DNA of 64,000 nt from an uncultured Trueperaceae bacterium (GTDB lineage: Bacteria > Deinococcota > Deinococci > Deinococcales > Trueperaceae): the NCBI GenBank assembly GCA_963815215.1, contig CAWFFU010000003.1, positions 1,024,001 to 1,088,000 on the forward strand, read 5' to 3'. Each line of letters begins with the position of its first letter. The stretch's first letter is position 1. Position numbers and translations under genes: made by a program. Shown piece by piece: positions 1 through 11,588 of the stretch. The notes below the pieces were generated by a model. The model was given only the letters and a program-made list of their open reading frames with translations. It was not told the DNA's origin and did no database searches.

Positions 1-309
1 GCCCTTCGTGGGCTCGGCGGCCCCCTCGGGCTGTGCGGCCGTCGCGGCGGCCGCACCCGCGCTCGGCGCCGCGCCCTCCTCGATGCGCGCGATGACCTCA
101 CCGACCTGGGCGGACTCTCCGTCGTGCTTCAGCACCTCACTGAGCACGCCCGAGACCGAGGCCGGAACCTCGAGGGTCGCCTTGTCGGTCTCCACCTCGA
201 CGAGAGGCTCGTCCTTCTCGACGGCCTCGCCTTCGCGCTTGAGCCAGCTCCCGATGAACACCTCGGTGATCGACTCGCCCACGGAGGGCACCTTCAGGTC
301 TACAGCCAT
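1..309 (-). CDS. sucB: 2-oxoglutarate dehydrogenase E2, N-terminal lipoyl domain (runs off window start)
   Basis: Manual translation MAVDLKVPSVGESITEV...LVEVETDKATLEVP (lipoyl-Lys motif ETDKA); directly downstream of sucA. Confidence 0.93.
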   Translation of the reverse strand, partial: MAVDLKVPSVGESITEVFIGSWLKREGEAVEKDEPLVEVETDKATLEVPASVSGVLSEVLKHDGESAQVGEVIARIEEGAAPSAGAAAATAAQPEGAAEPTKG

Positions 310-340
310 GACGCATCGCTCCTCACGGTCGTGGGCCGCA

Positions 341-3142
<2,802 letters not shown>

Positions 3143-3493
3143 GGCCTCACTCCGGCGGCTCGCGGCGCCGTACCGCGTCGGCCCCCGCCCTCGGCGCCCC
3201 CGCTCCGCCACCGATGCGCCCAAGCGCACGCGGCCCACGCCCGGAAGGCTCTGTGAGAGCCCGTCGCGAACGGGGTCATGGGGAGCGAAGGCAGGCTACC
3301 GCGGGGGGTGACCGGCGAAGGATCGTGCCTAGGCATGGTGGATTCGCGCGGCGGGCGGGAGCGCCTCCAACGCGCGCGGGACCTCCTTCATGCGCCCTAC
3401 GTTGTATCACGGGGCTCCCAGCGGTGGCCCCTCCCACACGACGCTCCTGGCAGGCGTGCGAGCGCCGCGGGCGGGCTGCGGTACCCTTGCGCC

Positions 3494-4462
3494 ATGACCG
3501 CATCACCGCAGGCCATCGCCTTGGGGGAGCTTCTCGTCGACTTCGTCCCGGAGGAGAACGGGCGCTCGCTGGCCGACGCGCGGTCCTTCGTCAAGGCCCC
3601 CGGGGGCGCTCCCGCCAACGTCGCCGTGGGCCTCGCGCGACTGGGCGTCGAGGTCGGCTTCATGGGCAAGGTCGGCGACGACCCCTTCGGCCATTTCCTG
3701 AGCGACGTCCTCAGCGACAACGGCGTGGACGTCCGTGAGCTCCGGTTCGACGCGCAGGCCCGCACCGCGCTCGCCTTCGTGTCGCTGACGAGCGCAGGCG
3801 AGCGTGACTTCCTGTTCTACCGGAATCCCAGCGCGGACATGCGGCACCGTCCCGAGGAGGTGAGCGAGGCGTACCTGGCCGGAGCATCGTTGCTCCACAT
3901 CGGCAGCATCAGCCTCATCCAGGAGACCTCCCGCAGCGCCACCCTGCGGGCGCTCGAGCTGGCTGCGGAGCACGGGCTGTGGGTGTCGTACGACGCCAAT
4001 CTGCGTCTGCCCTTGTGGCCTTCGCCGGACGCCGCCCGCAAGGGCATCCGCAGCGTGTGGCGCCGCGCCCAGGTGGTGAAGATCAGCGAGGACGAGCTCG
4101 AGTTCCTCACCGGCGCACGCGACATGGCGGCGGCCCGGACGTTGCGCCATGAGGGCCTGCGGCTGCTCGTCATCACGCGCGGCGATGCCGGCGTCTCGTA
4201 CCTCACGCGTCAGGGCGAGGGCGAGGTGAGCGGCTTCCGGGTCGACACCGTCGACACCACCGGAGCAGGCGACGCCTTCACCGCGGCCCTGCTCGCCAGC
4301 CTGCTGGAGAACGACGCCCTGGAAGCCTCGCGCGGGGCGCTCGAGGCCGCCCTGCGGCGCGCGAACGCCTTCGCGGCCCTCACGACCACGCACCGCGGCG
4401 CCATCCCGGCGCTGCCCTCACGCGAGGCGCTGGAGGCGTTCCTCGCCGAACGCAACGCCTGA
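3494..4462 (+). CDS. PfkB-family carbohydrate kinase (fructokinase-like)
   Basis: GGAPANVAVGLARLG and DTTGAGDAF signatures; TACCCT -10-like hexamer 6 nt before ATG 3494. Confidence 0.92.
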   Translation: MTASPQAIALGELLVDFVPEENGRSLADARSFVKAPGGAPANVAVGLARLGVEVGFMGKVGDDPFGHFLSDVLSDNGVDVRELRFDAQARTALAFVSLTSAGERDFLFYRNPSADMRHRPEEVSEAYLAGASLLHIGSISLIQETSRSATLRALELAAEHGLWVSYDANLRLPLWPSPDAARKGIRSVWRRAQVVKISEDELEFLTGARDMAAARTLRHEGLRLLVITRGDAGVSYLTRQGEGEVSGFRVDTVDTTGAGDAFTAALLASLLENDALEASRGALEAALRRANAFAALTTTHRGAIPALPSREALEAFLAERNA

Positions 4463-4583
4463 TCCCGCCCTTCCGCCCCGCTGCCCGCGCCCATGGGAGC
4501 GGTGGCGCAGTTGGCGGCGCCACTGGGAACGGCGGAGACGACCCCCAGCCGGACGTGAAGATCTCCGGCGCGGATCCGACACG

Positions 4584-4605
4584 AAAACGGCGCCCTGCGG
4601 GCGCC
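4584..4605 (-). terminator. Intrinsic terminator-like hairpin
   Basis: 7-bp GC stem 4589-4595/4599-4605 followed on the minus strand by GTTTT. Confidence 0.6.
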
Positions 4606-4622
4606 TGTCCTTGATTCGATGT
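4584..4622 (-). ncRNA. Candidate ~40-nt small RNA
   Basis: Lies between a near-consensus promoter (4629-4657) and a GGCGCCC-GCA-GGGCGCC-GTTTT hairpin; no ORF. Confidence 0.5.
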
Positions 4623-4628
4623 GAAGGT

Positions 4629-4669
4629 ATTATACGGCGTTATGCAGCATTCGTCAAGATGATGCAGCA
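4629..4669 (-). promoter_or_regulatory. sigma70-type promoter TTGACG-N17-TATAAT with two TGCTGCAT direct repeats
   Basis: -35 at 4652-4657, -10 at 4629-4634, 17-bp spacer; ATGCAGCA at 4642-4649 and 4662-4669. Confidence 0.8.
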
Positions 4670-4774
4670 ACGCGTCGCCCGGAGCGAGCCAAACGTGGTG
4701 CGATCGGTCCCGAACGACCGAAGTCTGCCTTCGACGGCGCCACTTCGCGACCGTGCCCGTGGCAGACTGATGGG

Positions 4775-5791
4775 ATGAGCCCGGCCGCCACCCCTGCGTT
4801 CCCCACCCCCGCCGACCTCGAACGCGCCCAGGACCACGTAGCGGGCGCCGCACTACGCACGCCGCTGATCCGCCTCGATGCCGAGGGGCCGGGCGGCGGG
4901 CCCGTCTACGTCAAGCCCGAGAACCTGCAGCGCACCGGGTCGTTCAAGCTGCGGGGCGCGCTCAACTTCCTCGCCTCGCTCCCCGATGCGACCCGCGCCC
5001 GCGGCGTGGTGACGCACTCCAGCGGCAACCACGCCCAGGGTGTCGCCTACGCGGCCCGCCACTTCGGAGTCGACGCCACCATCGTCATCCCCGAGGGCGC
5101 GCCGCGCGTAAAGGTGGAAGGCACGCGGGCGCTCGGCGCCGAGGTGGTGCGGTGCGCGAACACGCAGGCCTCACGTCACGAGACGGCGGAGGCCATCGCG
5201 CGGGCGTCCGGCGCTACGCTCGTTCCCCCCTACGATCACCCTTGGATCGTGGCCGGCCAGGCCACCGTCGGCCTCGAGATCGCCGACGATCTCCCCGACG
5301 TCGCCAACGTGTTGGTCCCCATCGGTGGCGGCGGCCTGTCGTCCGGAGTGGCCCTGGCGCTGGCGCACCGTGCGCCGGGCGCGCGCGTGGTCGGTGTCGA
5401 GCCCGAGCTCGCGGCCGATGCCCGCGCCTCGCTGCTGGCGGGCGAGCGCATCGCCTGGCCGGCCGAGGACGTGACGCGCACGCTTGCCGACGGCGTCCGC
5501 ACGCAGAGCATCGGCGAGCTCAACTTCCGCGTCCTGCTCCGTCACCTCGCCGGCGTCCAGACGGTGCGCGAGGACGAGATCCGCAGCGCGACTCGCTGGT
5601 ACGCACGCCGTGCCCGGCTGGTGGTCGAACCGACCGGAGCTCTGACGCTGGCGGCGCTGCGCCGCCTGCTGGACGGCTCCGGCGACGGGCCCGTCCTCGC
5701 CGACGGCCCGACCGTGCTCGTCATCTCGGGCGGGAACGTCGACGACGATCTGCTGTGCAGCTTGCTGCTGGAGACGTCCGCGCGACCCTGA
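4775..5791 (+). CDS. PLP-dependent threonine/serine dehydratase (serine racemase-like) family
   Basis: KPENLQRTGSFKLRGA, SSGNHAQG, PIGGGGL, ISGGN. Confidence 0.92.
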   Translation: MSPAATPAFPTPADLERAQDHVAGAALRTPLIRLDAEGPGGGPVYVKPENLQRTGSFKLRGALNFLASLPDATRARGVVTHSSGNHAQGVAYAARHFGVDATIVIPEGAPRVKVEGTRALGAEVVRCANTQASRHETAEAIARASGATLVPPYDHPWIVAGQATVGLEIADDLPDVANVLVPIGGGGLSSGVALALAHRAPGARVVGVEPELAADARASLLAGERIAWPAEDVTRTLADGVRTQSIGELNFRVLLRHLAGVQTVREDEIRSATRWYARRARLVVEPTGALTLAALRRLLDGSGDGPVLADGPTVLVISGGNVDDDLLCSLLLETSARP

Positions 5792-5851
5792 TCGTGGCGG
5801 CGCGCGGCGGCGCGCATTGTCCTCCAGGATGCTCTGGACTATCCTGGGAGG

Positions 5852-6130
5852 GTGTCGGCACTCGTGGTCATGCTCCTTCTCGGCTTCCTGCTTGTGATCG
5901 CCGCGAGCCTCACGATCTGGGCCGCGTTGACCGTCAACGAACACGCGGGCGCTCCGCCGCGCGCGGCGGAGGCCGAGCGCCCGGCGATGCCGCTCGCCGG
6001 CGTCGAGCCCCCCAGCAACGACGACGTCCGCGGCGCGCGGGCCCTCGTGACGCGGCGCCCGACCGGATCCGACGACGCCTTCGAGCGCTTCCTACGCTCG
6101 GATTCCCGCCGCGACGAGACCGACTTCTGA
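5852..6130 (+). CDS. Small membrane-anchored hypothetical protein
   Basis: GGGAG directly upstream; N-terminal hydrophobic helix; fills the intergenic gap. Confidence 0.65.
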   Translation: MSALVVMLLLGFLLVIAASLTIWAALTVNEHAGAPPRAAEAERPAMPLAGVEPPSNDDVRGARALVTRRPTGSDDAFERFLRSDSRRDETDF

Positions 6131-6140
6131 GGTCGCGGGG

Positions 6141-7661
6141 TCACCGGTCCGGACGTTCGGGAGGGCGAGGCCTCGGTGGACCGGACGCGGGAGCCAGGTC
6201 TCGGCGGCCCGGCGCCGCGTTGGCGGCGACCTGCCGGATCCTCGACCGGCGCCCGGCGAGGCGGACCAGCAAGTGGATCACCCCGGCCGCCAGCAGCGCG
6301 GAGACCACGACCAGCGTGGCCGGCAGCAACTCGTTCATCCAGCCGGGCTTCGCCAGCATCACCACGGCAAGGAACAGCATCACCATGCCGCCCACTAGCT
6401 TGAGAAGTCGTCCCTGACGCTCTTCTAGCCGCGTCACGCGCAACGTCACCACGGCCGCGCCGAACAGCGCCATCTCGTCGATCAGGAACACCACCAGGTA
6501 GACCAGCAGCAGGCCGCCGAACGCCGCCGGACCCGGATTCCACTGGACCATCAGATTGGCCCACAGCATCGGGAAGCCCACCGTGCACGGCAGCTCGAAG
6601 ATCGTGACGCCGGCCGCCATGGCCGCGGTGGCGCCGAGCATGGCCACGGTGCTGCGTTCGCGGGCCATCACCCCGCGGATGCCCCGGTAGATGCCGGGCT
6701 TGCTGCCCTCGGGGATCGTCAGCGACGGTCCCCGCCCCCACCAGACATAGTCTTTGAGGTTGATCGCGGCGAATGTCAGTGCGATCAGCGCTACCCCCAC
6801 ACGCACCCACGGCAACATCGCTACCAGCGCGAGGAGGTTGACCAAGCCCGCCAGCAGCAGGGCGTAGACGACGGCGGCGACCACCAGGAAGGTCGTGCCG
6901 ATGAGCAGCACCTTGCGGCGCGAGCGGGTGTTGATGACCACCGCCAGCAGCAGCGAGAGCACCCACAGCGAGCAGGGGTTGAAGCCGTCGATGAACGCGA
7001 TCAGGGCGGTGGTGGCGAGCTCCGAGCGCCCCGCCAGCGCGACCTCGCCGATCAGCGGCAGCGTCAGCGGCTCGAGCGTCGCAGCGCTCGCCGCCGCGCC
7101 GGAGCCGGCCGCGGCCGGCGGCGACCCGGGCGACGATCCGGCGGTCGGCCCCGCTACCGATCCCGCGGCTTCCGTCACGCGCTGCCACGCGTCGGGACAA
7201 CCGCGCTCCAGGCAGTCCGTCACCCGCGCCTCCACGCGCCGGGCCACCGCATCGGAGAAGCCGATGTAGACCTCGTCCCCGACCAGGATGGTGGGGACTG
7301 AGCCGGGCTCGAACCCGAACGAACGTCCGGCGGCGGCGAACAGGCGGCGGTTGCCCTCGTCGTTGTACACCTCGAGGCTCCGCAAGGTGACACGGTCGTC
7401 GGCCGCCAGGCCCTCCAGGAAGGGCTTGGCGACGGCGCAATGAGGGCAACTCTCACCGTAGAACAGCACGATGTCGGCCCCCGCGGCACGGGCGCCCGGC
7501 CCCAGCAGCGCCAGAGTCGCCAGCAGCGCCAGGGCCGGCCATGCGAGCGCGCGGCGCTGCCTGGACGAACGGGCGCCTCCGGCTTCCTCGATCGACGGCC
7601 GCCCCATCCCCACCGCGACCGGACGCGGACGACCCCTGTCGCTCCAGCGCATCGGACTCAT
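6141..7661 (-). CDS. Exported thioredoxin/glutaredoxin domain fused to a DsbD/CcdA-like membrane domain
   Basis: Signal-like segment, CPHC motif, membrane motifs DGFNPCSLWVL and ELPCTVGFP; TAGCGT 6 nt before ATG. Confidence 0.8.
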   Translation of the reverse strand: MSPMRWSDRGRPRPVAVGMGRPSIEEAGGARSSRQRRALAWPALALLATLALLGPGARAAGADIVLFYGESCPHCAVAKPFLEGLAADDRVTLRSLEVYNDEGNRRLFAAAGRSFGFEPGSVPTILVGDEVYIGFSDAVARRVEARVTDCLERGCPDAWQRVTEAAGSVAGPTAGSSPGSPPAAAGSGAAASAATLEPLTLPLIGEVALAGRSELATTALIAFIDGFNPCSLWVLSLLLAVVINTRSRRKVLLIGTTFLVVAAVVYALLLAGLVNLLALVAMLPWVRVGVALIALTFAAINLKDYVWWGRGPSLTIPEGSKPGIYRGIRGVMARERSTVAMLGATAAMAAGVTIFELPCTVGFPMLWANLMVQWNPGPAAFGGLLLVYLVVFLIDEMALFGAAVVTLRVTRLEERQGRLLKLVGGMVMLFLAVVMLAKPGWMNELLPATLVVVSALLAAGVIHLLVRLAGRRSRIRQVAANAAPGRRDLAPASGPPRPRPPERPDR

Positions 7662-7775
7662 GACCCAACGCTAGGCCGCCGCGACCCACCTCGTCGTCGG
7701 TCCCTCCTGGACACGCGCCGTAGGAGCTTGTCCGACAGCCCGCCGCACGCCGCCCCGCCACGATAGACTCGCCGG

Positions 7776-8930
7776 GTGAAGGCCCCCACCCGCCTGCAAC
7801 GGCTGGCCACGTTCAACGCCATCGGTGAGGCGTTGAACGCCGCGCCGACGTTCGCCGAAGGGGCGCCCGAAGCGCTCCGCCGGCTGCTCTCGCGTGTGGG
7901 CCTCAGCACCGGTTGGCTGTTCCTCTCCAACGTCGACGAGGGCGATACCCACCGTGGGAGCTTCCGACTGGCGGCCTCCACCGGCCTGCCTCCCGCCCTG
8001 GAGAGCAACGACCAGGGCCCGCTCCGGGAGGCGGGGTGCGAGTGTCAACGGTTGCTCGAGCGTGGGCAGCTCGATCGCGGCGTCAACATGGTGGCCTGCA
8101 GTCGGTTACGGGACGCCGCCGGAGACACGGGTGGGCTCGCGATCCACGCCAGCGTGCCGTTGCCCGGACGCCACGGGCCCGTCGGCATCCTCAACCTGGC
8201 GGCGCCCGGGGAGAAGCGCTTCGACGAGGAGACGCTGGCGTTCCTGTCCGCGGTAGGCAGACAGCTGGCGGTGGCCTTCGAGCGCTCGCGCCTGCTCGAC
8301 GAACGCACCCGTCACGCGCGCTACACCGCCACCCTGGAGGAGCGCCAGCGCCTCGCCCGCGACATGCACGACTCCCTGGCGCAGCTGCTGTTCGCCGCCG
8401 ACCTGTCCCTGAACGTTGCGGCGCGGCATCCGGAGGCCGACCGTCGCCAGGCCGCCCTCGCGGATGCGGGCGAGGCGGTACGGGCTGCACTCGGGGAGCT
8501 GCGCTCGCTGGTGGAGGTGATGCGCCCGGCGGATCTGTCGGCCGGGCTGCAGGCTGCGCTCGAGCGGCTGGCGCAACGCACCCGCGCCGCGCTCCGGGTG
8601 CAGCTCGAGACGGTGGCGGCCGAGCCGTCCCCCGAGCTGGCCGAGGTCCTCTACCGCGTCGCCCAGGAAGCCGTGCACAACACCCTCCGCCACGCCGACG
8701 CCGAGCACGTATGGCTGCGCCTGGACGCCTTGGGCCCGGGCCTGCGCCTGAGCATCGAGGACGACGGCGTCGGCTTCGGCACGGACCCGGCCGCCTGCGT
8801 CGGGCGCGGCTTCGGGCTCGCCGGCATGCGTGAGCGCGCCGCCGCCGTGGGCGGCAGCGTGCGGCTCGAGCACCGGCCGGGCGGTGGCGCCCGCGTCGTC
8901 GTCGAGGTCCCGTGGCAACCCGCGTCCTGA
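7776..8930 (+). CDS. Cytoplasmic GAF sensor histidine kinase (HisKA_3; YhcY/AirS-like)
   Basis: ERQRLARDMHDS H-box, QEAVHNTLRHA, DDGVGF, GFGLAGMRER; GAF with CEC...CSRL...HASVP. Confidence 0.9.
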   Translation: MKAPTRLQRLATFNAIGEALNAAPTFAEGAPEALRRLLSRVGLSTGWLFLSNVDEGDTHRGSFRLAASTGLPPALESNDQGPLREAGCECQRLLERGQLDRGVNMVACSRLRDAAGDTGGLAIHASVPLPGRHGPVGILNLAAPGEKRFDEETLAFLSAVGRQLAVAFERSRLLDERTRHARYTATLEERQRLARDMHDSLAQLLFAADLSLNVAARHPEADRRQAALADAGEAVRAALGELRSLVEVMRPADLSAGLQAALERLAQRTRAALRVQLETVAAEPSPELAEVLYRVAQEAVHNTLRHADAEHVWLRLDALGPGLRLSIEDDGVGFGTDPAACVGRGFGLAGMRERAAAVGGSVRLEHRPGGGARVVVEVPWQPAS

Positions 8931-9517
8931 TCGTCGACGATCACCCGGTGGTGCGGGCGGGTCTCCGTGCCTTCCTCGATCTCCAGCAGGACTTCGAGGT
9001 CGTCGCGGAGGCGGGCTCGCTGGCCGAGGCTCGCGAGCGCGCCCGCCGGCATGCCCCGGAGCTCGTTCTGCTCGACCTCCAGCTGCCCGACGGCAACGGC
9101 CTGGCGATCATCGGAGAGCTCGCGCGGATCGGTCGTGTGCTGGTGCTCACCAGCTTCCTCGACGAGGGCAAGGTACGGGAGGCGATGCGTCGGGGCGCCT
9201 CCGGCTACCTGCTCAAGCACGCGGGGCCGGACGCCCTGCTCGACAAGCTTCGCGCGTCCCTGCGGGGGGAGGTGCCGCTCGACCCCGAAGCGGTTCGCGC
9301 CCTGGCCGTGCCCGACGTCGATCCGCTCGAGACGCTGACGCCGCGTGAGCGCGAGGTGCTGGGTCTGATGGCGGAAGGGATGTCCAATAAGCGCATCGCC
9401 CGGCACCTCGGCATCAGCGAGAAGACCGTCAAGACGCACGCCGGCCACGTCTTCGCCAAGCTGGCCGTGGACGATCGACTGCAGGCGGTGCTCGTCGCCA
9501 AGGAGCACGGGCTCTAG
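8912..9517 (+). CDS. NarL/LuxR-family response regulator
   Basis: VDDHPVVR receiver start; LTPREREVL...SNKRIA...SEKTVKTH HTH. Confidence 0.95.
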   Translation: MATRVLIVDDHPVVRAGLRAFLDLQQDFEVVAEAGSLAEARERARRHAPELVLLDLQLPDGNGLAIIGELARIGRVLVLTSFLDEGKVREAMRRGASGYLLKHAGPDALLDKLRASLRGEVPLDPEAVRALAVPDVDPLETLTPREREVLGLMAEGMSNKRIARHLGISEKTVKTHAGHVFAKLAVDDRLQAVLVAKEHGL

Positions 9518-9541
9518 TTAGCCGGGCAGGGCGGCGACCCT

Positions 9542-10408
9542 TCAGTGCGGGCCGCGGTCCATCGCCACCACCGGATCGGTGCTCTCGACGTTCAACTCGA
9601 TCACCGGCGGCGCCTCGCGCAGTAGGCGCCGCCGCAGGTCGCGGGCCACGCCCGCCAGCATGCGCCGGGGGGTCAGCATGCTGCGCGTCAGGCCGGTCCT
9701 GCCATCGGTCGCGGCGGACGCCAGCTCGAGCACGATCTCGGCCGGTACCGAGGGATCCTCACCCCACAACCGCAGCACCGTCGCGAACGGCCGCAGCTTC
9801 GCTTCGTAGCCCCGGACCGCGCGCACCTCCCCCACCAGATCGGTGAGCATGAGGCCGGGGTTGAAGGCGAACACGCCGACGCCGCGCCCCTGTGTCTCGC
9901 GGGCGAGCGCAAGCGTGAACGATCGCACCCAGGCCTTGGACGACGCGTAGGCGTTCTGGTTGACCACCGGACCGCGTTCGCCCCGACCCAGGATGTTGAT
10001 GAGCTTGCCCCCGCCCAGCGCCAGGAAGTGGCGGCTGGCCGCCATCGAACCGAAGTAGACGCCGCGAACGTTGGTGTCGAGCACGCGCAGGAAGTCCTCG
10101 TCGGCGATGGCCGGCGTGGGGCCGTAGGCTCCGGAGACACCGGCGTTGTTGACCCAGACGTCGAGGCGCCCGAATCGCTCCAGTGCCGCGCCCAGCAGCG
10201 CCTCGTGAGCTTCCCTGCGCGACACGTCGGCTACCACGCCTTCCACGACATCGGGCCCCAGCATGGCGACGGCGTCCTCCACGGCGGCGGCCGTGCGCGA
10301 GCTCACCACCACGTGGGCGCCTTCCCGAACGAACGCCCTGGCGATGGCGAGGCCGAGCCCACGCGTGCTCCCGGTAACGACGGCGGTCTGCCCCTGCAAG
10401 CGCATCAT
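9542..10408 (-). CDS. SDR-family oxidoreductase
   Basis: TGSTRGLG, NNAG, YASSK. Confidence 0.92.
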   Translation of the reverse strand: MMRLQGQTAVVTGSTRGLGLAIARAFVREGAHVVVSSRTAAAVEDAVAMLGPDVVEGVVADVSRREAHEALLGAALERFGRLDVWVNNAGVSGAYGPTPAIADEDFLRVLDTNVRGVYFGSMAASRHFLALGGGKLINILGRGERGPVVNQNAYASSKAWVRSFTLALARETQGRGVGVFAFNPGLMLTDLVGEVRAVRGYEAKLRPFATVLRLWGEDPSVPAEIVLELASAATDGRTGLTRSMLTPRRMLAGVARDLRRRLLREAPPVIELNVESTDPVVAMDRGPH

Positions 10409-10436
10409 GCTCCTACCCTACCTCCCGGCACCGGCC

Positions 10437-10476
10437 TGCGACTTTGGTCGCACGCGCCCCTGCGACGCTCCGCCGA
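10437..10476. promoter_or_regulatory. Candidate response-regulator operator: TGCGAC-N4-GTCGCA plus a second TGCGAC half-site
   Basis: Perfect 6-4-6 inverted repeat at 10437-10452 and TGCGAC again at 10461-10466, in a divergent intergenic region. Confidence 0.55.
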
Positions 10477-10524
10477 GGCGCCGGTCCCGGCGCGCCGCCG
10501 ATACTTCGGGCTGGAGGTGCAGCC

Positions 10525-10848
10525 ATGCCCTTGGAACATGCCCCCTCGACCGAGATCCTCTTCCGAAGCCTGCAACACGACCGCGCGCGGAACGCCCGGC
10601 ACCACGCGCGCCGGCAACGGGCGCACGCGATCCTCCGCGGCGCTCCGGTCGGCCACCGGCTCGCCGTGGCCCTGCGACACATCCGGTCGGCGGCCGCTCG
10701 TGCTGCCGGCCGGGCCGGCGACAACGCTGGCGACAACGGTCGCACACGCTCGACGAGCGAGAGCGTCACGCGCCCCCCGGCCTCGCATCCGGAGCCGGGC
10801 GCCCACCGCTCGACGACCACGGGCGTCCCCTGCCCGAGCTGCGCATGA
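10525..10848 (+). CDS. Small basic hypothetical protein, first gene of operon
   Basis: Strong SD GGAGGT upstream; stop overlaps the next ATG (ATGA); ends in CPSCA. Confidence 0.6.
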   Translation: MPLEHAPSTEILFRSLQHDRARNARHHARRQRAHAILRGAPVGHRLAVALRHIRSAAARAAGRAGDNAGDNGRTRSTSESVTRPPASHPEPGAHRSTTTGVPCPSCA

Positions 10849-11588
10849 CCGCCACCGCCACCACCGGCGCGCGACCGCGCGCGCTGGTCACGGGTGCCAG
10901 CCGAGGGCTGGGCTTCGCGCTCGCCGGCCTGCTGTCCGAGCTCGGCTACGACCTGGTGCTCACCGCCCGGGGCGCGACCGCGCTCGAGCTCGCCGCCGCG
11001 GGCCTCGGCGGCGGCGGCGCGGTGCACGCGCTCGCCGGCGACGTCACCGATGCCGGGCACCGCGCGCGCCTCGCCGAGCGCGTCGGCGAGCGCCTCGACC
11101 TCCTCGTCCACAACGCCTCATCGCTCGGGCCGAGCCCGCTGCCGGCATTGGCCGACGTCGACCTCGCGGCCGTCCGGGGCGTGCTGGAGACCAACGTCGT
11201 CGCCCCGCTGGCCCTCACCCAGGCGCTGCTGCCGGCGCTGGAGCGTGCCGGGGGAACGGTGGTGGCCGTCAGCTCCGACGCGGCGAACGGCGGCTACCCC
11301 GGCTGGGGGGTGTACGGCGCCAGCAAAGCGGCCCTCGAGCTGATGGCGAGGACCCTGGCTGCCGAGCTCGAGGGGGTGAACGTGGTGCGCGTCGACCCCG
11401 GCGACATGGCCACCGTCATGCACCAGCAGGCCTTCCCCGGCCAGGACATCAGCGACCGGCCGGCACCGGAGGCGACGCTGCCGTTCTGGGCGTGGTTGCT
11501 CGCCCAACGCTCCGAGGACCTCGACGGACGCCGCTTCGAAGCTCAGGCCGATGCCTGGACCCTGAGCGCAGAAGCGGGCGCTGCGTGA
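10845..11588 (+). CDS. SDR-family oxidoreductase
   Basis: TGASRGLG, HNAS, YGASK, VDPGDMAT. Confidence 0.92.
   Translation: MTATATTGARPRALVTGASRGLGFALAGLLSELGYDLVLTARGATALELAAAGLGGGGAVHALAGDVTDAGHRARLAERVGERLDLLVHNASSLGPSPLPALADVDLAAVRGVLETNVVAPLALTQALLPALERAGGTVVAVSSDAANGGYPGWGVYGASKAALELMARTLAAELEGVNVVRVDPGDMATVMHQQAFPGQDISDRPAPEATLPFWAWLLAQRSEDLDGRRFEAQADAWTLSAEAGAA

Noticed and set aside
4495..4582. tRNA-like start (GGAGCGGTGGCGCAGTTGG) followed by three small hairpins
   Set aside because: No TTCGA T-loop, no 7-nt anticodon loop, no matching acceptor 3' strand or CCA; may be chance GC pairing, though a tRNAscan-SE/Infernal check is cheap
10028..11584. Long N-terminal extensions in the ORF track (877-aa QueA frame, 812-aa metB frame, 576-aa TrmH frame)
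   Set aside because: They overlap other real genes; true starts are set by stop/start overlaps, SD or -10 positions
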